Below are positions 1 to 9,526 of a DNA stretch of 64,000 nucleotides, piece after piece. Origin of the DNA: an uncultured Poribacteria bacterium. GTDB taxonomy: Bacteria; Poribacteria; WGA-4E; WGA-3G. The DNA lies in the NCBI GenBank assembly GCA_951828515.1, contig OX639992.1:1352439-1416438 (forward strand). Reading direction: 5' to 3'. The notes beneath the pieces were generated by a model, which made no database searches, was not told where the DNA came from, and saw only the letters and a program-made list of their open reading frames with translations. Both the position numbers and the translations under genes were made by a program. Position 1 is the stretch's first letter. Each line of letters begins with the position of its first letter.

Positions 1-891
1 ATCTAAACCACCGGACAACGTCTTTCCGCTGTGTGGTGTCATAACATTGTGTGCACGTGCGAGCCGGGTCATACTATCCAACAAAACGACGACATCTTTT
101 CCGTACTCTGCCCACCGCTTCGCCTTTTCAATTGCCATCTCTGCGACCTGAATATGCCGTTCGGGATGTTCATCGAAAGTAGAGCTAATGACCTCTCCTT
201 TAACAGAACGGGCGACATCTGTAACTTCCTCGGGACGCTCATCAATGAGTAAAAAGATGAGAATGACTTCCGGATGGTTCGCTTCAATGCCGGCGGCAAT
301 ATTCTTCAGTAGCGTGGTCTTACCACTGTAAGGAGGTGCAACAATCAAACCGCGTTGTCCCTTCCCAATCGGTGCTATTAGATCCACGATGCGAGTCCCG
401 TACTCTGACTGATTATGTTCGAGTTTCATTTTTTCGTACGGGTGAATAGGAGTGAGGTTATTGAAAAGGATTTTCTGTTTGACGGCTTCAGGTATTTCTC
501 CGTTAACCTTCTCAATTTGTAACATCGCGAAGTAGCGCTCTGCCTTGTTTTCCGTCTTCTTTGGGGGACGAATTACGCCTTCAACGACGTGTCCGGTTTG
601 TAAATCGAATCGCCGAATTTGCGAGGAGGACACATAAATATCCTCGTTACTTTGCAAATAATTGGAGCGCGATGAACGAAGAAAGCCATAATGCTGGTCT
701 CGGTCATCAAGAATTTCCAAGACACCACCGCCGTAAAACTGGGTATCACTCTCAGATTTAGCCTCTATAATTTCGTTAATCAATTCCTCTTTCCGAGACC
801 CGTTGTATTCGGTCACTCCGAGAGTCTGCGCAAAGTCTTTGAGTTCCGAGAACTCCATTTCTTGGAGCTTGCGAATGTCCAAGCTCTCCAT
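1..891 (-). CDS. rho: Transcription termination factor Rho; N-terminus at 891, C-terminus runs past the window start
   Basis: Reverse translation from 891 gives MESLDIRKLQEMEFSELKDF... and the Rho ATPase core (GQRGLIVAPPYSGKTTLLKNIAAGIEANHPEV..LLIDERPEEVTD..). The absence of a listed ORF is expected because the gene is truncated by the window edge. Confidence 0.85.
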   Translation of the reverse strand, partial: MESLDIRKLQEMEFSELKDFAQTLGVTEYNGSRKEELINEIIEAKSESDTQFYGGGVLEILDDRDQHYGFLRSSRSNYLQSNEDIYVSSSQIRRFDLQTGHVVEGVIRPPKKTENKAERYFAMLQIEKVNGEIPEAVKQKILFNNLTPIHPYEKMKLEHNQSEYGTRIVDLIAPIGKGQRGLIVAPPYSGKTTLLKNIAAGIEANHPEVILIFLLIDERPEEVTDVARSVKGEVISSTFDEHPERHIQVAEMAIEKAKRWAEYGKDVVVLLDSMTRLARAHNVMTPHSGKTLSGGLD

Positions 892-1703
892 AGTTTCAAA
901 TACTCCTCATTGTGCCCGGTTCCAAGGTAATCGTTCCACCATGGCGTTCATCTAACCACCCAGCGAATTCTTTGTCTCCACTCAAATGTGCGATATGTTA
1001 AAAATGGAATCGCAATTTGACAGCAGTTGCTAAAATAGGAGGCAAAATAGAGGTTAAAATGGAATCGGGGCTGATTCTATAGAATAATTTACTGAAGTTG
1101 GTTTCTATCGCTTTCGGTTCGCGATTGAAAACCACACCTACCGGATTACACTACTCTGTTTTTCTAATAAATCGCGTAATAGAACCAAGGCACGAAAACT
1201 GGATTTTACCACAAACCCGGTTAATCTGGTATGACACTCCAACCGAACGCATGAGGCTTCTGAAGACGCGCTTGCGGGCGACGCGCTACACCGTCAAGAT
1301 ATGCAACAGAGCAAGATGCAGGGTATACAGGGATATCGATGGAGTAGGTGCAACGCTGCCCGTGGGAGTGTTTCTTGTATGGTTGCTTCGAGATACGTGT
1401 TAGAAGGTGGTTTCGACCTAAAGGTGCCACTTGGTTTTCCATATCAAAACTGGCGTTGCACGCACTACCTTACAACCAGTGACTCGTTTTTCCTCAAAGG
1501 ACGCTTTTTTCGGGATTTGCACTGTTTCATCAGGGGAAAGCTGCGAATTGCACCCTTAAAGCGTGCTTGCGCTAGGAAGTTAAAAACTCTAACTGTTAAT
1601 TATACACAATTCACGATAAAACGTCAAGTTTTTTTGAAAAAAGACTGATTTTCTCAAAATTATGATGTATAGCGCGATTTTCCAACCGCGCTGTTTACAA
1701 CAC

Positions 1704-3704
1704 TTATTCCGCGTCTTCACCTTTCAACTTCTTAAGGCTGCGACGGACTCTCTGGTTATATTGATTTTCCGCCAAGTAGCCCTCCCAAAGGGTTATAGCG
1801 TCATCATTAAACCCTTGTGAGATATAGTACTCCCCAAGAGTTAACAGCGGAATGTCGGAAAGCGGATCCTTCTCAATAGATGCTTTGAATTCAGCAACAG
1901 CGGTTTCTGCGTCGCCGTCTAAAAGTGCCAATTCACCCCTACCGTAAGGGATTAAGGCGTGTTCGGGATACTCTACTGCCAATTCATCTATCATCTTCTG
2001 CGCATCTTCCAATTTCTTCAAGTGGTAGGTTGCACGTGCGGCAAGGATCGTCGCATAAACAACCTGATTGCGAAGTTTTTGTTGTTCGACCTTGCTTTCC
2101 GATTTGTCGAGCAATCGTTTCGCTGTTCGTGCGGCGGCTCTATACTTGGCACGGGATTGCACATAATTCCCGTACCTATAGGTGAGGTCACCGAGGGTTT
2201 TAGATCCGATATACGAGTCGCCTTTCTGATCAACGAGATCCTGAAAGATTCCGGCGGCTTTCCGGTCCTTCAACCGATAATGGAGGACTTCTGCGAGGCT
2301 TTGCAACGCATCCAAATTCTGTGTGTTCGCCGCGACAGACTTCTCCAGAACGTCTCGTTCCTTCTCGGGTTCACCTAACTTTTTGTGTGCCAGCGAGAGT
2401 AACCAGTAAATCTCGGAATCTTTTCTTTTCGCCATCCCAAGCACAGAAGTGTAGGTTTCTATCGCTTTCTCATACGATTCGGAAGTGTAGTGAGTTCGTC
2501 CGGTGTCAATGACGGCTTGAATGACACTACCATCTCGGCTTGCGGCTTTCTTGAGGACCTCTCTCGCCCGTTGATGCATCCCGAGTTTTCGGTAGCAAAT
2601 TGAGAGTTTGAGGTAGGAATATGGGTCAAGCTTCACATTTGCCGACTCTGCGCGGGCAATTGCATCGAAGTACAACGCGCCTGCGTCACGGTAACTTTCA
2701 TCGCCGTAGAAAAAGTTGGCAATCATCAGTTCAGCGTCATAATAAGTGCCTTGGTCATCGCCTGCGATACCCCCTTGACCGCCGAAATTCCGCATGACTT
2801 CTGATGCACTCACTCCGAATCCGGAGTCTGCGATCTGCAAACCGACATTTCCCATTGCGCGGCTTTTCTCAACACCCCCGCGCGGTCGATCCCGTTCCCG
2901 AGTCGCTTCTTGTCGTGCATAAGCTCTACCAAGTTGTGTCGCCAGTGGGTCATCAGGTTCTGGGATGCGTGCCTTGAGGTCTGTCAGTTCCTGTTTTGCT
3001 TTCTCAATCTCTTCTTCGGCACCCTCGACCTTCCCATATCTTTTAACGAGCGATTGATAAGTGCGTTTCGCTTCATCTTCGTTTTTGAGGAACTGTCGTT
3101 GGATTCGCCCTTTATTCGCAATAGCGAGTGCGGCCCGTTCACTTCGAGGATTTCGGTTTGCGAAGTTATCGAACACCTCTACTGCCTGTTCAAAGTCCTT
3201 CGCTTCTTCAAAACTTTTTGCCAGCATCAGTTGTGCGTTGTGGCTCAATTCGAGATTTGGGAATTTATTAACAACGGCGTCAAATCGGGTTTGAGCGGCT
3301 TTAAAATCTTTTTGTCGGTAGTAGTGCATGCCGAGTTCATAATGTGCTTCAGCGGCTTCATCGCTTTCCGGTCCGCCGGCAATGACTGCTTCATAGGCTT
3401 TGATGCCCTCTGCGGGTTGATTCATCCGGTCGATAGACAGTTTACCTATAGCGAGTTGTGCTTGAAGGGCTTCGGGCGTGCCGGGTTGGGTATCTATAAT
3501 ACTTTGATACGCAGTTATCGCGCCTGGATAGTCTTTCTGTTCAGCGAGTTTTTCTGCGGTGCGCAGCGCGCCACCGGATACGCAACTGATTTGGATCAGT
3601 GCTACGAAAATAATAGCAACAAGCGGGCAATACCTCATACTTTTAACAGCAAGTTTTTGCCAGCGATCATAAGTTTTGGTTGCGAGTTGTGCCGAATATT
3701 TCAC
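1704..3704 (-). CDS. TPR-repeat protein with N-terminal signal/anchor; likely GTG start at 3704 preceded by AAAGGAG
   Basis: 667 aa from the proposed GTG (690-aa ORF in the track). It has many TPR-like A..Y..A motifs (YYRQKDFKAAQTRFDAVV, ICYRKLGMHQRAREVLKKA) and a hydrophobic N-terminal segment (MRYCPLVAIIFVALIQISCVSG). Confidence 0.7.
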   Translation of the reverse strand: MKYSAQLATKTYDRWQKLAVKSMRYCPLVAIIFVALIQISCVSGGALRTAEKLAEQKDYPGAITAYQSIIDTQPGTPEALQAQLAIGKLSIDRMNQPAEGIKAYEAVIAGGPESDEAAEAHYELGMHYYRQKDFKAAQTRFDAVVNKFPNLELSHNAQLMLAKSFEEAKDFEQAVEVFDNFANRNPRSERAALAIANKGRIQRQFLKNEDEAKRTYQSLVKRYGKVEGAEEEIEKAKQELTDLKARIPEPDDPLATQLGRAYARQEATRERDRPRGGVEKSRAMGNVGLQIADSGFGVSASEVMRNFGGQGGIAGDDQGTYYDAELMIANFFYGDESYRDAGALYFDAIARAESANVKLDPYSYLKLSICYRKLGMHQRAREVLKKAASRDGSVIQAVIDTGRTHYTSESYEKAIETYTSVLGMAKRKDSEIYWLLSLAHKKLGEPEKERDVLEKSVAANTQNLDALQSLAEVLHYRLKDRKAAGIFQDLVDQKGDSYIGSKTLGDLTYRYGNYVQSRAKYRAAARTAKRLLDKSESKVEQQKLRNQVVYATILAARATYHLKKLEDAQKMIDELAVEYPEHALIPYGRGELALLDGDAETAVAEFKASIEKDPLSDIPLLTLGEYYISQGFNDDAITLWEGYLAENQYNQRVRRSLKKLKGEDAE

Positions 3705-3917
3705 GGTCTTTCTCCTTTTTTGATATTGACTCGGTTTGAAGACACCTATGTGGATAAGCATCCGTGCTTCAATCACCCAAGTTGCTGATTACAAAATTTT
3801 AGACAGATATACACCGTTTTTGACTGAAAACAGAAGGAATTTTCTATGATTCTGGTGTTATACGGTGCCCTGTCCCTATAATTCTTGTTTATTTTTTCTA
3901 CGGTGGCAACTTAGGTT

Positions 3918-5054
3918 TTAATAGCATGACCTGGATGCACATTCATCAATCAATTCTAAAACTTCTTGCCGAGTGAAGCCCTCTTTCTGAATGAGATTGT
4001 CGCAATTCACCGTGTTTTTCGCGTCGGGTCCCTTACCTGCTTCGAGAATCGAATTTGTTAACCAACTGGTGCGTACCCCGTTGATGCCAGAGGTATAGTT
4101 CGTCTGGTACTCACCTTTCACCAAACCGACGAGTTGATCAACTTTGCTGCCGGGGTATCCTTCCGGACGCGGATAAGCAAGGGGTTCTGGCTCGCCACCT
4201 TTAGGCGTGTAACGAATGCCGTTTTTGATTTCGATCGTTCCTTCATCGCCTTCCAGAATTACCCATTCTTCAAACCCAACGCGCGTGTTGCCGAGAATAG
4301 TGATTGTGCCTTCGGCACCGTTATCCAGCGTTACATCGGAGTAGGAATTAATTTCCACGAACTTTGGAACGAGGTTTCCATCGTCGTCCTCAAATTTCAT
4401 GTCAGTTGTTCCGTAGACCTCAGCGGGCAAGGCACCCGTCATCCACAAGAATATATCTTGGAGGTGGCTTCCTGAATCGTTGGGCTGTCCACCGCCGGAG
4501 AAGCGGGGATCTCCTCGCCATCCACCGGCACCCCACCGCTGTGCCATGTAGACCTCAAATTTCTGGAGGTTACCGATGCGCCCTTCAGCGATTGCGCGTC
4601 TGGCTGCCATGTAAGTATCCTCGTAATGTCGTTGATACCCACCAACGAGGTGTAATGCGCTACCCATTGCGATTTTGGTTACCGCGATTGCATCACCAAC
4701 GACATTTGCCATCGGTTTTTCGACGATAACGTGGCATCCGGCGCGGAGCGCGTATTTCGTGTGAATATCGTGAAGGGAATGCGGCGAGAATACACCGACT
4801 ATATCCAGATCTTCGTGATTGAGCATCTCCACGAACTCGTAGTCACCGAGGTAGCGGTTGAAACTATTCGCTTTATAGCCGTCAACCCGTTCTTGGAGCG
4901 CGCTTTCCAAAGCGTCCAAACTCGTTTCGTGGGTGTCCACAGCGGCGACGATTTCAGCATCGGGACGTGTTGCGAAACCGAGTGTGTTCCCGCGTCCTGC
5001 GCCGCCGGGCCCAATCACACCAACTCTTAAAATATCATTTTTGCTGGTTTCCAT
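3918..5054 (-). CDS. Gfo/Idh/MocA family NAD(P)-dependent oxidoreductase
   Basis: Rossmann N-terminus ILRVGVIGPGGAGRG, the EKPMA motif and the family-typical C-terminal alpha/beta domain. ATG at 5054 is preceded by GGAGAGG. Confidence 0.85.
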   Translation of the reverse strand: METSKNDILRVGVIGPGGAGRGNTLGFATRPDAEIVAAVDTHETSLDALESALQERVDGYKANSFNRYLGDYEFVEMLNHEDLDIVGVFSPHSLHDIHTKYALRAGCHVIVEKPMANVVGDAIAVTKIAMGSALHLVGGYQRHYEDTYMAARRAIAEGRIGNLQKFEVYMAQRWGAGGWRGDPRFSGGGQPNDSGSHLQDIFLWMTGALPAEVYGTTDMKFEDDDGNLVPKFVEINSYSDVTLDNGAEGTITILGNTRVGFEEWVILEGDEGTIEIKNGIRYTPKGGEPEPLAYPRPEGYPGSKVDQLVGLVKGEYQTNYTSGINGVRTSWLTNSILEAGKGPDAKNTVNCDNLIQKEGFTRQEVLELIDECASRSCY

Positions 5055-5100
5055 GATTCTAACCTCTCCAGAGTATGTCAAACGTAATTTTGGGGTGCTA

Positions 5101-5328
5101 TTATGCCAATTTCGCGTACTCATACACAGGCAGCGTAATAGTCCGATCAGGTTGCTGATGTCTCACCACTACCTGCTGTAAACGGTCAACCGTCTTTGGG
5201 GAGAAGTATTGTTCTCCTGTTTCAACATTGACTCGGGCTGGCACGTTCTCAATTAAGTAAAATTCCCCATCCACTTCAAGGACGTATGTAACCTTCTGTT
5301 CAACAAGGATTCCATCACGATGGCTCAT
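5101..5328 (-). CDS. Small hypothetical protein (75 aa) 46 bp upstream of the oxidoreductase
   Basis: Intact ORF with no recognisable motifs by eye; possibly a DUF-type small protein. Confidence 0.35.
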   Translation of the reverse strand: MSHRDGILVEQKVTYVLEVDGEFYLIENVPARVNVETGEQYFSPKTVDRLQQVVVRHQQPDRTITLPVYEYAKLA

Positions 5329-5469
5329 AACACAATTACGGCACTTTCATCAAAGATAGGCAAAGTTTACCACAAATTCTGAGAAAGGTCAATCTATTTT
5401 GGGGTTAAATTAGAACCTTCAGTTCGCTGACAACTTTGATGTTCTGAACACGAGTTTTCGAGTCATACC

Positions 5470-6210
5470 TTACTGACTAAAGACGCGGAACAATTTTTTA
5501 ATCGGATCGTAGAATTGGTCAACGACGCGTTCCTTGAGCGGGATGATGGCGTTGTCCGTAATCGTGATATGTTCTGGGCAGACCTTCGTGCAACACTTGG
5601 TGATGTTACAATACCCGATACCATCCGAATCCTTCAATTCTTCGAGCCGGTTTTCGGTGTCAATCGGGTGCATTTCCAAGGAAGCGGCGTAAACGAAGAA
5701 TCTCGGTCCGATGAACTCGTCATGAAGATCGTGTTCCCGAAGGACATGGCAGACATCCTGACAGAGGAAACACTCAATGCACTTCCGAAACTCTTGGATG
5801 TGATCGATGTCTTCCTGTTCCATTCGCCATGTGCCGTCTTCGGCATCAGGTGGTCGTGGCGTGAACGGTTTCATTTTCTCTTTAACTTTGTAGTTCCACG
5901 AGACATCCGTAACGAGGTCTTTAATGAGTGGAAATGCACGCATCGGTTCGACCGTAACAGGTTCATCAAGGGGCAAATCGTTGAGGCGCGTCATGCACAT
6001 CAATTTCGGTTGCCCGTTAATTTCAGCGGAGCAGGATCCGCATTTTCCCGCTTTACAATTCCAGCGGACAGCCATATCGTTCGCCTGCTCGGCTTGGATA
6101 CGGTGGACAGCGTCTAAAACCACCATACCTTCAGAAACCTCGGTGTCATAATCGACAAATTCTGCGCCATCCGCATTGCCACGCCAGATTCTAAATGTTG
6201 CGTTCGCCAT
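5470..6210 (-). CDS. sdhB: Succinate dehydrogenase/fumarate reductase iron-sulfur subunit
   Basis: 2Fe-2S ligands CKAGKCGSCSAEING, the 4Fe-4S motif CIECFLCQDVCH and the 3Fe-4S cluster motif CCTKVCP. Confidence 0.9.
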   Translation of the reverse strand: MANATFRIWRGNADGAEFVDYDTEVSEGMVVLDAVHRIQAEQANDMAVRWNCKAGKCGSCSAEINGQPKLMCMTRLNDLPLDEPVTVEPMRAFPLIKDLVTDVSWNYKVKEKMKPFTPRPPDAEDGTWRMEQEDIDHIQEFRKCIECFLCQDVCHVLREHDLHDEFIGPRFFVYAASLEMHPIDTENRLEELKDSDGIGYCNITKCCTKVCPEHITITDNAIIPLKERVVDQFYDPIKKLFRVFSQ

Positions 6211-6472
6211 TTTTTAATTTTTCCTTGCGGTTTTTTTAATTTTTCCTTGCGGTTAAACAACGTGGGTTGGGAACTTCACGTGCCTTTCTCAAATCCGCCT
6301 GCGCCGTTGTTGCAGGCTACAGTTTTGGGTTGATGCGGGAACATGAAGCAATTGTGAAAAACGCACAGATCCTTATTCCAGTCATGCATTCACCGAAAAC
6401 CTGCTCGTAATGAAATGGAGAGCAGAGAAACCGAAACTTAATAGTTAAAAAACCTTGCGAATAATTAAAATG

Positions 6473-8305
6473 CTATCCGATTTCGTCTATAATTTCTTGC
6501 AGATCGGCTCGGAGTTCATCAACCCGTTGTCGGCGAATTTCCATTGTGCCGTCGGTTGCCTTCTTAACGATGGTGTTATATTTGCCTGCGTCGGGCTCCT
6601 CTTTCTCTGGATAATCGTCCCGTGAATGTGCACCGATGCTTGCCCTGCGTTCAAGTGCCGCGAGTGCAATCGATTCGGAGACTGTGATTAAGCAGTCAAG
6701 ATCAAGCGCGGTATGCCATCCAGCATTGTATTCTCGATTTCCGACAGCATGAACATCCTCTGCCTGCTGGCGCAGATTCTGGATCTCTTCCAAGGCTTGC
6801 GTGAGGCTTTCCTGACTTCGGGCAATACCCACGAGTTCCTGCATCTTGTCCTGAAGTTGTGCTTGAATGTGGTAGGGTCCAATTTTTTCACCACTACCAT
6901 CGTCTACTGGGTTTTCAAAGGGTTTTAGTGTATGTGCAGCGATTGTATCAATTTCTGCTTCATCAAGTGGGACGGCTTCGTTCTCCTCGGCAAATTGCGC
7001 CGCATATTCCCCCGCACGTTTACCGAAAACGAGTAGATCGGAGAGTGAATTACCACCGAGTCTATTGGCACCGTGTAATCCCGCAGCGCATTCACCCGCG
7101 GCGAAGAGCCCGGGAACCGCTGTCATTTGTGAATCGGCATCGACCCGAATACCACCCATGATATAGTGCGTTGTGGGACCTACCTCCATCGGCTCCTGTG
7201 TGATGTCGATGTCGGCGAGCTCCTTGAATTGATGGTACATACTCGGCAGTTTTCTACGGATATGCTCTGGAGCGTTTGAAATTTTTTCCTTAATCCACGC
7301 GATATCCAAGAATACACCACCGTGTGGACTTCCACGTCCCTCTTGTACCTCTCGGACGATACACCGTGCAACATGATCGCGCGTGAGGAGTTCAGGTGGA
7401 CGACGCGCATCTCGGTCGCCTTGCGTATATCGCCACCCCTCTTCTGGGCTGTCTGCTGTCTGGTTCACATAGAGTTCTGGGATGTCATCGAACATGAAGC
7501 GTTTGCCCTCACTGTTTGTGAGGGTGCCACCTTCGCCACGCACCCCCTCTGTGACCAAGATACCTCGGACGCTGGGGGGCCACACCATACCCGTCGGATG
7601 GAATTGGACGAACTCCATGTCTATGAGTTCTGCACCAGCGTGGTATGCGAGAGCATGTCCATCGCCGGTGTATTCCCAACTATTGCTTGTAATTTTGTAT
7701 GCTTTCCCGACACCACCTGTCGCTAAAACGACAGATTTGGCGGAAAAGACCTTGAACCGTCCTTTTTCACGTTCATAACCGAATGCGCCTGAGACCCTTT
7801 CGCCGGTTTTGAGGAGCGAAACGACGGTATTCTCCATGTGCACTTCAATGCCTTGATGAATACCGTGATCCTGTAATGCCCGGATCATTTCCAACCCAGT
7901 TCGATCGCCGACGTGTGCGAGGCGCGGGTATTGGTGTCCGCCAAAATTCCGTTGGAGGATACCGCCCTCTTGCGTTCGGTCAAAGAGCGCCCCCCAAGCC
8001 TCAAGTTCACGTACACGGTCTGGTGCCTCTTGTGCGTGGAGTTCTGCCATTCGGGCATTAGAGAGATACTGTCCACCGCGCATGGTGTCAGCAAAATGAA
8101 CACGCCAACTGTCTCTTTCGTCAACGTTTGCCAAAGCCGCAGCGACTCCACCTTCCGCCATAACAGTGTGCGCCTTGCCGAGCAAGGATTTACAGATGAG
8201 TCCCACTTTTAGGTTACCTACGGCGGCTTCAATAGCGGCACGAAGTCCAGCACCACCGGCTCCGATTATCAATACATCATATTCATGAGTTTCGTAAGAT
8301 GCCAC
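6473..8305 (-). CDS. sdhA: Succinate dehydrogenase/fumarate reductase flavoprotein subunit
   Basis: FAD-binding N-terminus YDVLIIGAGGAGLRAA, the covalent-FAD His region (SHTVMAEGG) and the active-site HPT..RGEGG motif; 610 aa. Confidence 0.95.
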   Translation of the reverse strand: MASYETHEYDVLIIGAGGAGLRAAIEAAVGNLKVGLICKSLLGKAHTVMAEGGVAAALANVDERDSWRVHFADTMRGGQYLSNARMAELHAQEAPDRVRELEAWGALFDRTQEGGILQRNFGGHQYPRLAHVGDRTGLEMIRALQDHGIHQGIEVHMENTVVSLLKTGERVSGAFGYEREKGRFKVFSAKSVVLATGGVGKAYKITSNSWEYTGDGHALAYHAGAELIDMEFVQFHPTGMVWPPSVRGILVTEGVRGEGGTLTNSEGKRFMFDDIPELYVNQTADSPEEGWRYTQGDRDARRPPELLTRDHVARCIVREVQEGRGSPHGGVFLDIAWIKEKISNAPEHIRRKLPSMYHQFKELADIDITQEPMEVGPTTHYIMGGIRVDADSQMTAVPGLFAAGECAAGLHGANRLGGNSLSDLLVFGKRAGEYAAQFAEENEAVPLDEAEIDTIAAHTLKPFENPVDDGSGEKIGPYHIQAQLQDKMQELVGIARSQESLTQALEEIQNLRQQAEDVHAVGNREYNAGWHTALDLDCLITVSESIALAALERRASIGAHSRDDYPEKEEPDAGKYNTIVKKATDGTMEIRRQRVDELRADLQEIIDEIG

Positions 8306-8450
8306 GTTGAAAATTTCCCCTAATTATGAACGTATGTTTCTCCAGTGTTAAAATTTAGACGCGAACGGCAAGCCTGTAATGTAATGGAAGGCGATTCACA
8401 AGAAAGGCACTTCAAATATGAAACCCACTTGAGTACTCCGCAAGGTAAAA

Positions 8451-9266
8451 TTAAAAAAATGTAATCCAGTCCTGACCTATTGACGGCACTATAAAACGGA
8501 CGTATACATCGGAAAAACCGACCCAACAGAGACTCATCCACGCCCAAAGCATGTGCCGACGGTTTAAGCAACTGACACAGTTATAGGCTTGCCGACGGAT
8601 TGGAACTTTGGAGAGCAGATCAACAACGCCACCGACTAAGTGACGCAAAGAGTGGCATCCGAGCGTGTAACCGCCTAAAAGGACGACATTACCTGCCAAA
8701 ATGATGGTACCTACACCGATGCCAAAGGTTGTCCCGCCGTTTCCGTCGTCGAACCAGAGTGCTTTCCATACATCGTAAGCGAGAATACCGAGAAAAATGA
8801 TCGCGATATAAAGGAAGTATCTATGGATATTCTGTATAATCAATGGAAACGAATGTTCGCCCCTATAGTTATTACGCGGTTCTGACACCGTGCAAGAGGG
8901 TGGATCTGCCCAGAACGCTTTATAATACGCGCCACGGTAGTAGTAGCATGTAAAGCGAAATCCGAGTGGCATCCACATAATCAGGACTGCTGGGGTAATG
9001 AAACCCGGCATCCAAGACGGCATCATACCAAACCAACTGTGTTCAACGCTGTGCATAACCTCTTCAGTGCCGAAAAGCACCGGTGAGTAGAGAGGGGACA
9101 GGTAGGGTCCGTGAATGAAATGATTCCCTTCAAAAACGCGAAAGAGACCGTAAAGGACGAAGAGTCCCAACCCGACAAATACGGCCAAGGGTTGCAACCA
9201 CCATGTGTCTCGGCGCTGGGTTTGAAAGGGGCGACTTTCTGTTAGGGTGAGTTCAGGGTGCGTCAT
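8451..9266 (-). CDS. sdhC: Succinate dehydrogenase cytochrome b subunit (b558-type, 5 predicted TM helices)
   Basis: Polytopic membrane protein with conserved His residues sitting immediately upstream of sdhA-sdhB on the same strand, giving sdhCAB order as in Bacillus-type SQR. Confidence 0.7.
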   Translation of the reverse strand: MTHPELTLTESRPFQTQRRDTWWLQPLAVFVGLGLFVLYGLFRVFEGNHFIHGPYLSPLYSPVLFGTEEVMHSVEHSWFGMMPSWMPGFITPAVLIMWMPLGFRFTCYYYRGAYYKAFWADPPSCTVSEPRNNYRGEHSFPLIIQNIHRYFLYIAIIFLGILAYDVWKALWFDDGNGGTTFGIGVGTIILAGNVVLLGGYTLGCHSLRHLVGGVVDLLSKVPIRRQAYNCVSCLNRRHMLWAWMSLCWVGFSDVYVRFIVPSIGQDWITFF

Positions 9267-9330
9267 AGGCGATTTTCCTTACCTTGAAAATAAAAAATAA
9301 AAGCGAGATTGTGGTTATATGACAGATAAT

Positions 9331-9447
9331 TATAGTAAAACCCATAATTAAGTTTACACTCTGTAATGCGGCGAGGTTAGGAAACCTCGCCAGCAATGTG
9401 GGTTTTGTGTTTTCAAGAGCGTGCAAGTATTTTCGGGCTTTACTATA
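9331..9447. repeat. MITE-like palindromic element, copy A (TIR TATAGTAAAA...TTTTACTATA, internal GCGGCGAGGTT...AACCTCGCC hairpin)
   Basis: Near-identical to the copy at 60944-61077 and related to 31951-32066 and 58395-58525. It lies in the sdhC upstream region. Confidence 0.8.
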
Positions 9448-9526
9448 ATAACTAACCACGCTTGTTTTGATATTGATTTTTGAATTTACCCAATAAATTG
9501 TATCATACAACGCGGTCTTTGTCAAA

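Noticed and set aside
2910-3788. 292-aa plus-strand ORF
   Set aside because: Antisense to the TPR gene, Cys/Phe-rich with low complexity and no RBS.
9253-9525. 90-aa ORF (and the similar 70-aa ORF at 60907-61119) containing RFPNLAALQSVNLIMGFTI
   Set aside because: The shared peptide is simply a translation of the MITE-like repeat; both ORFs span the element and AT-rich spacer.
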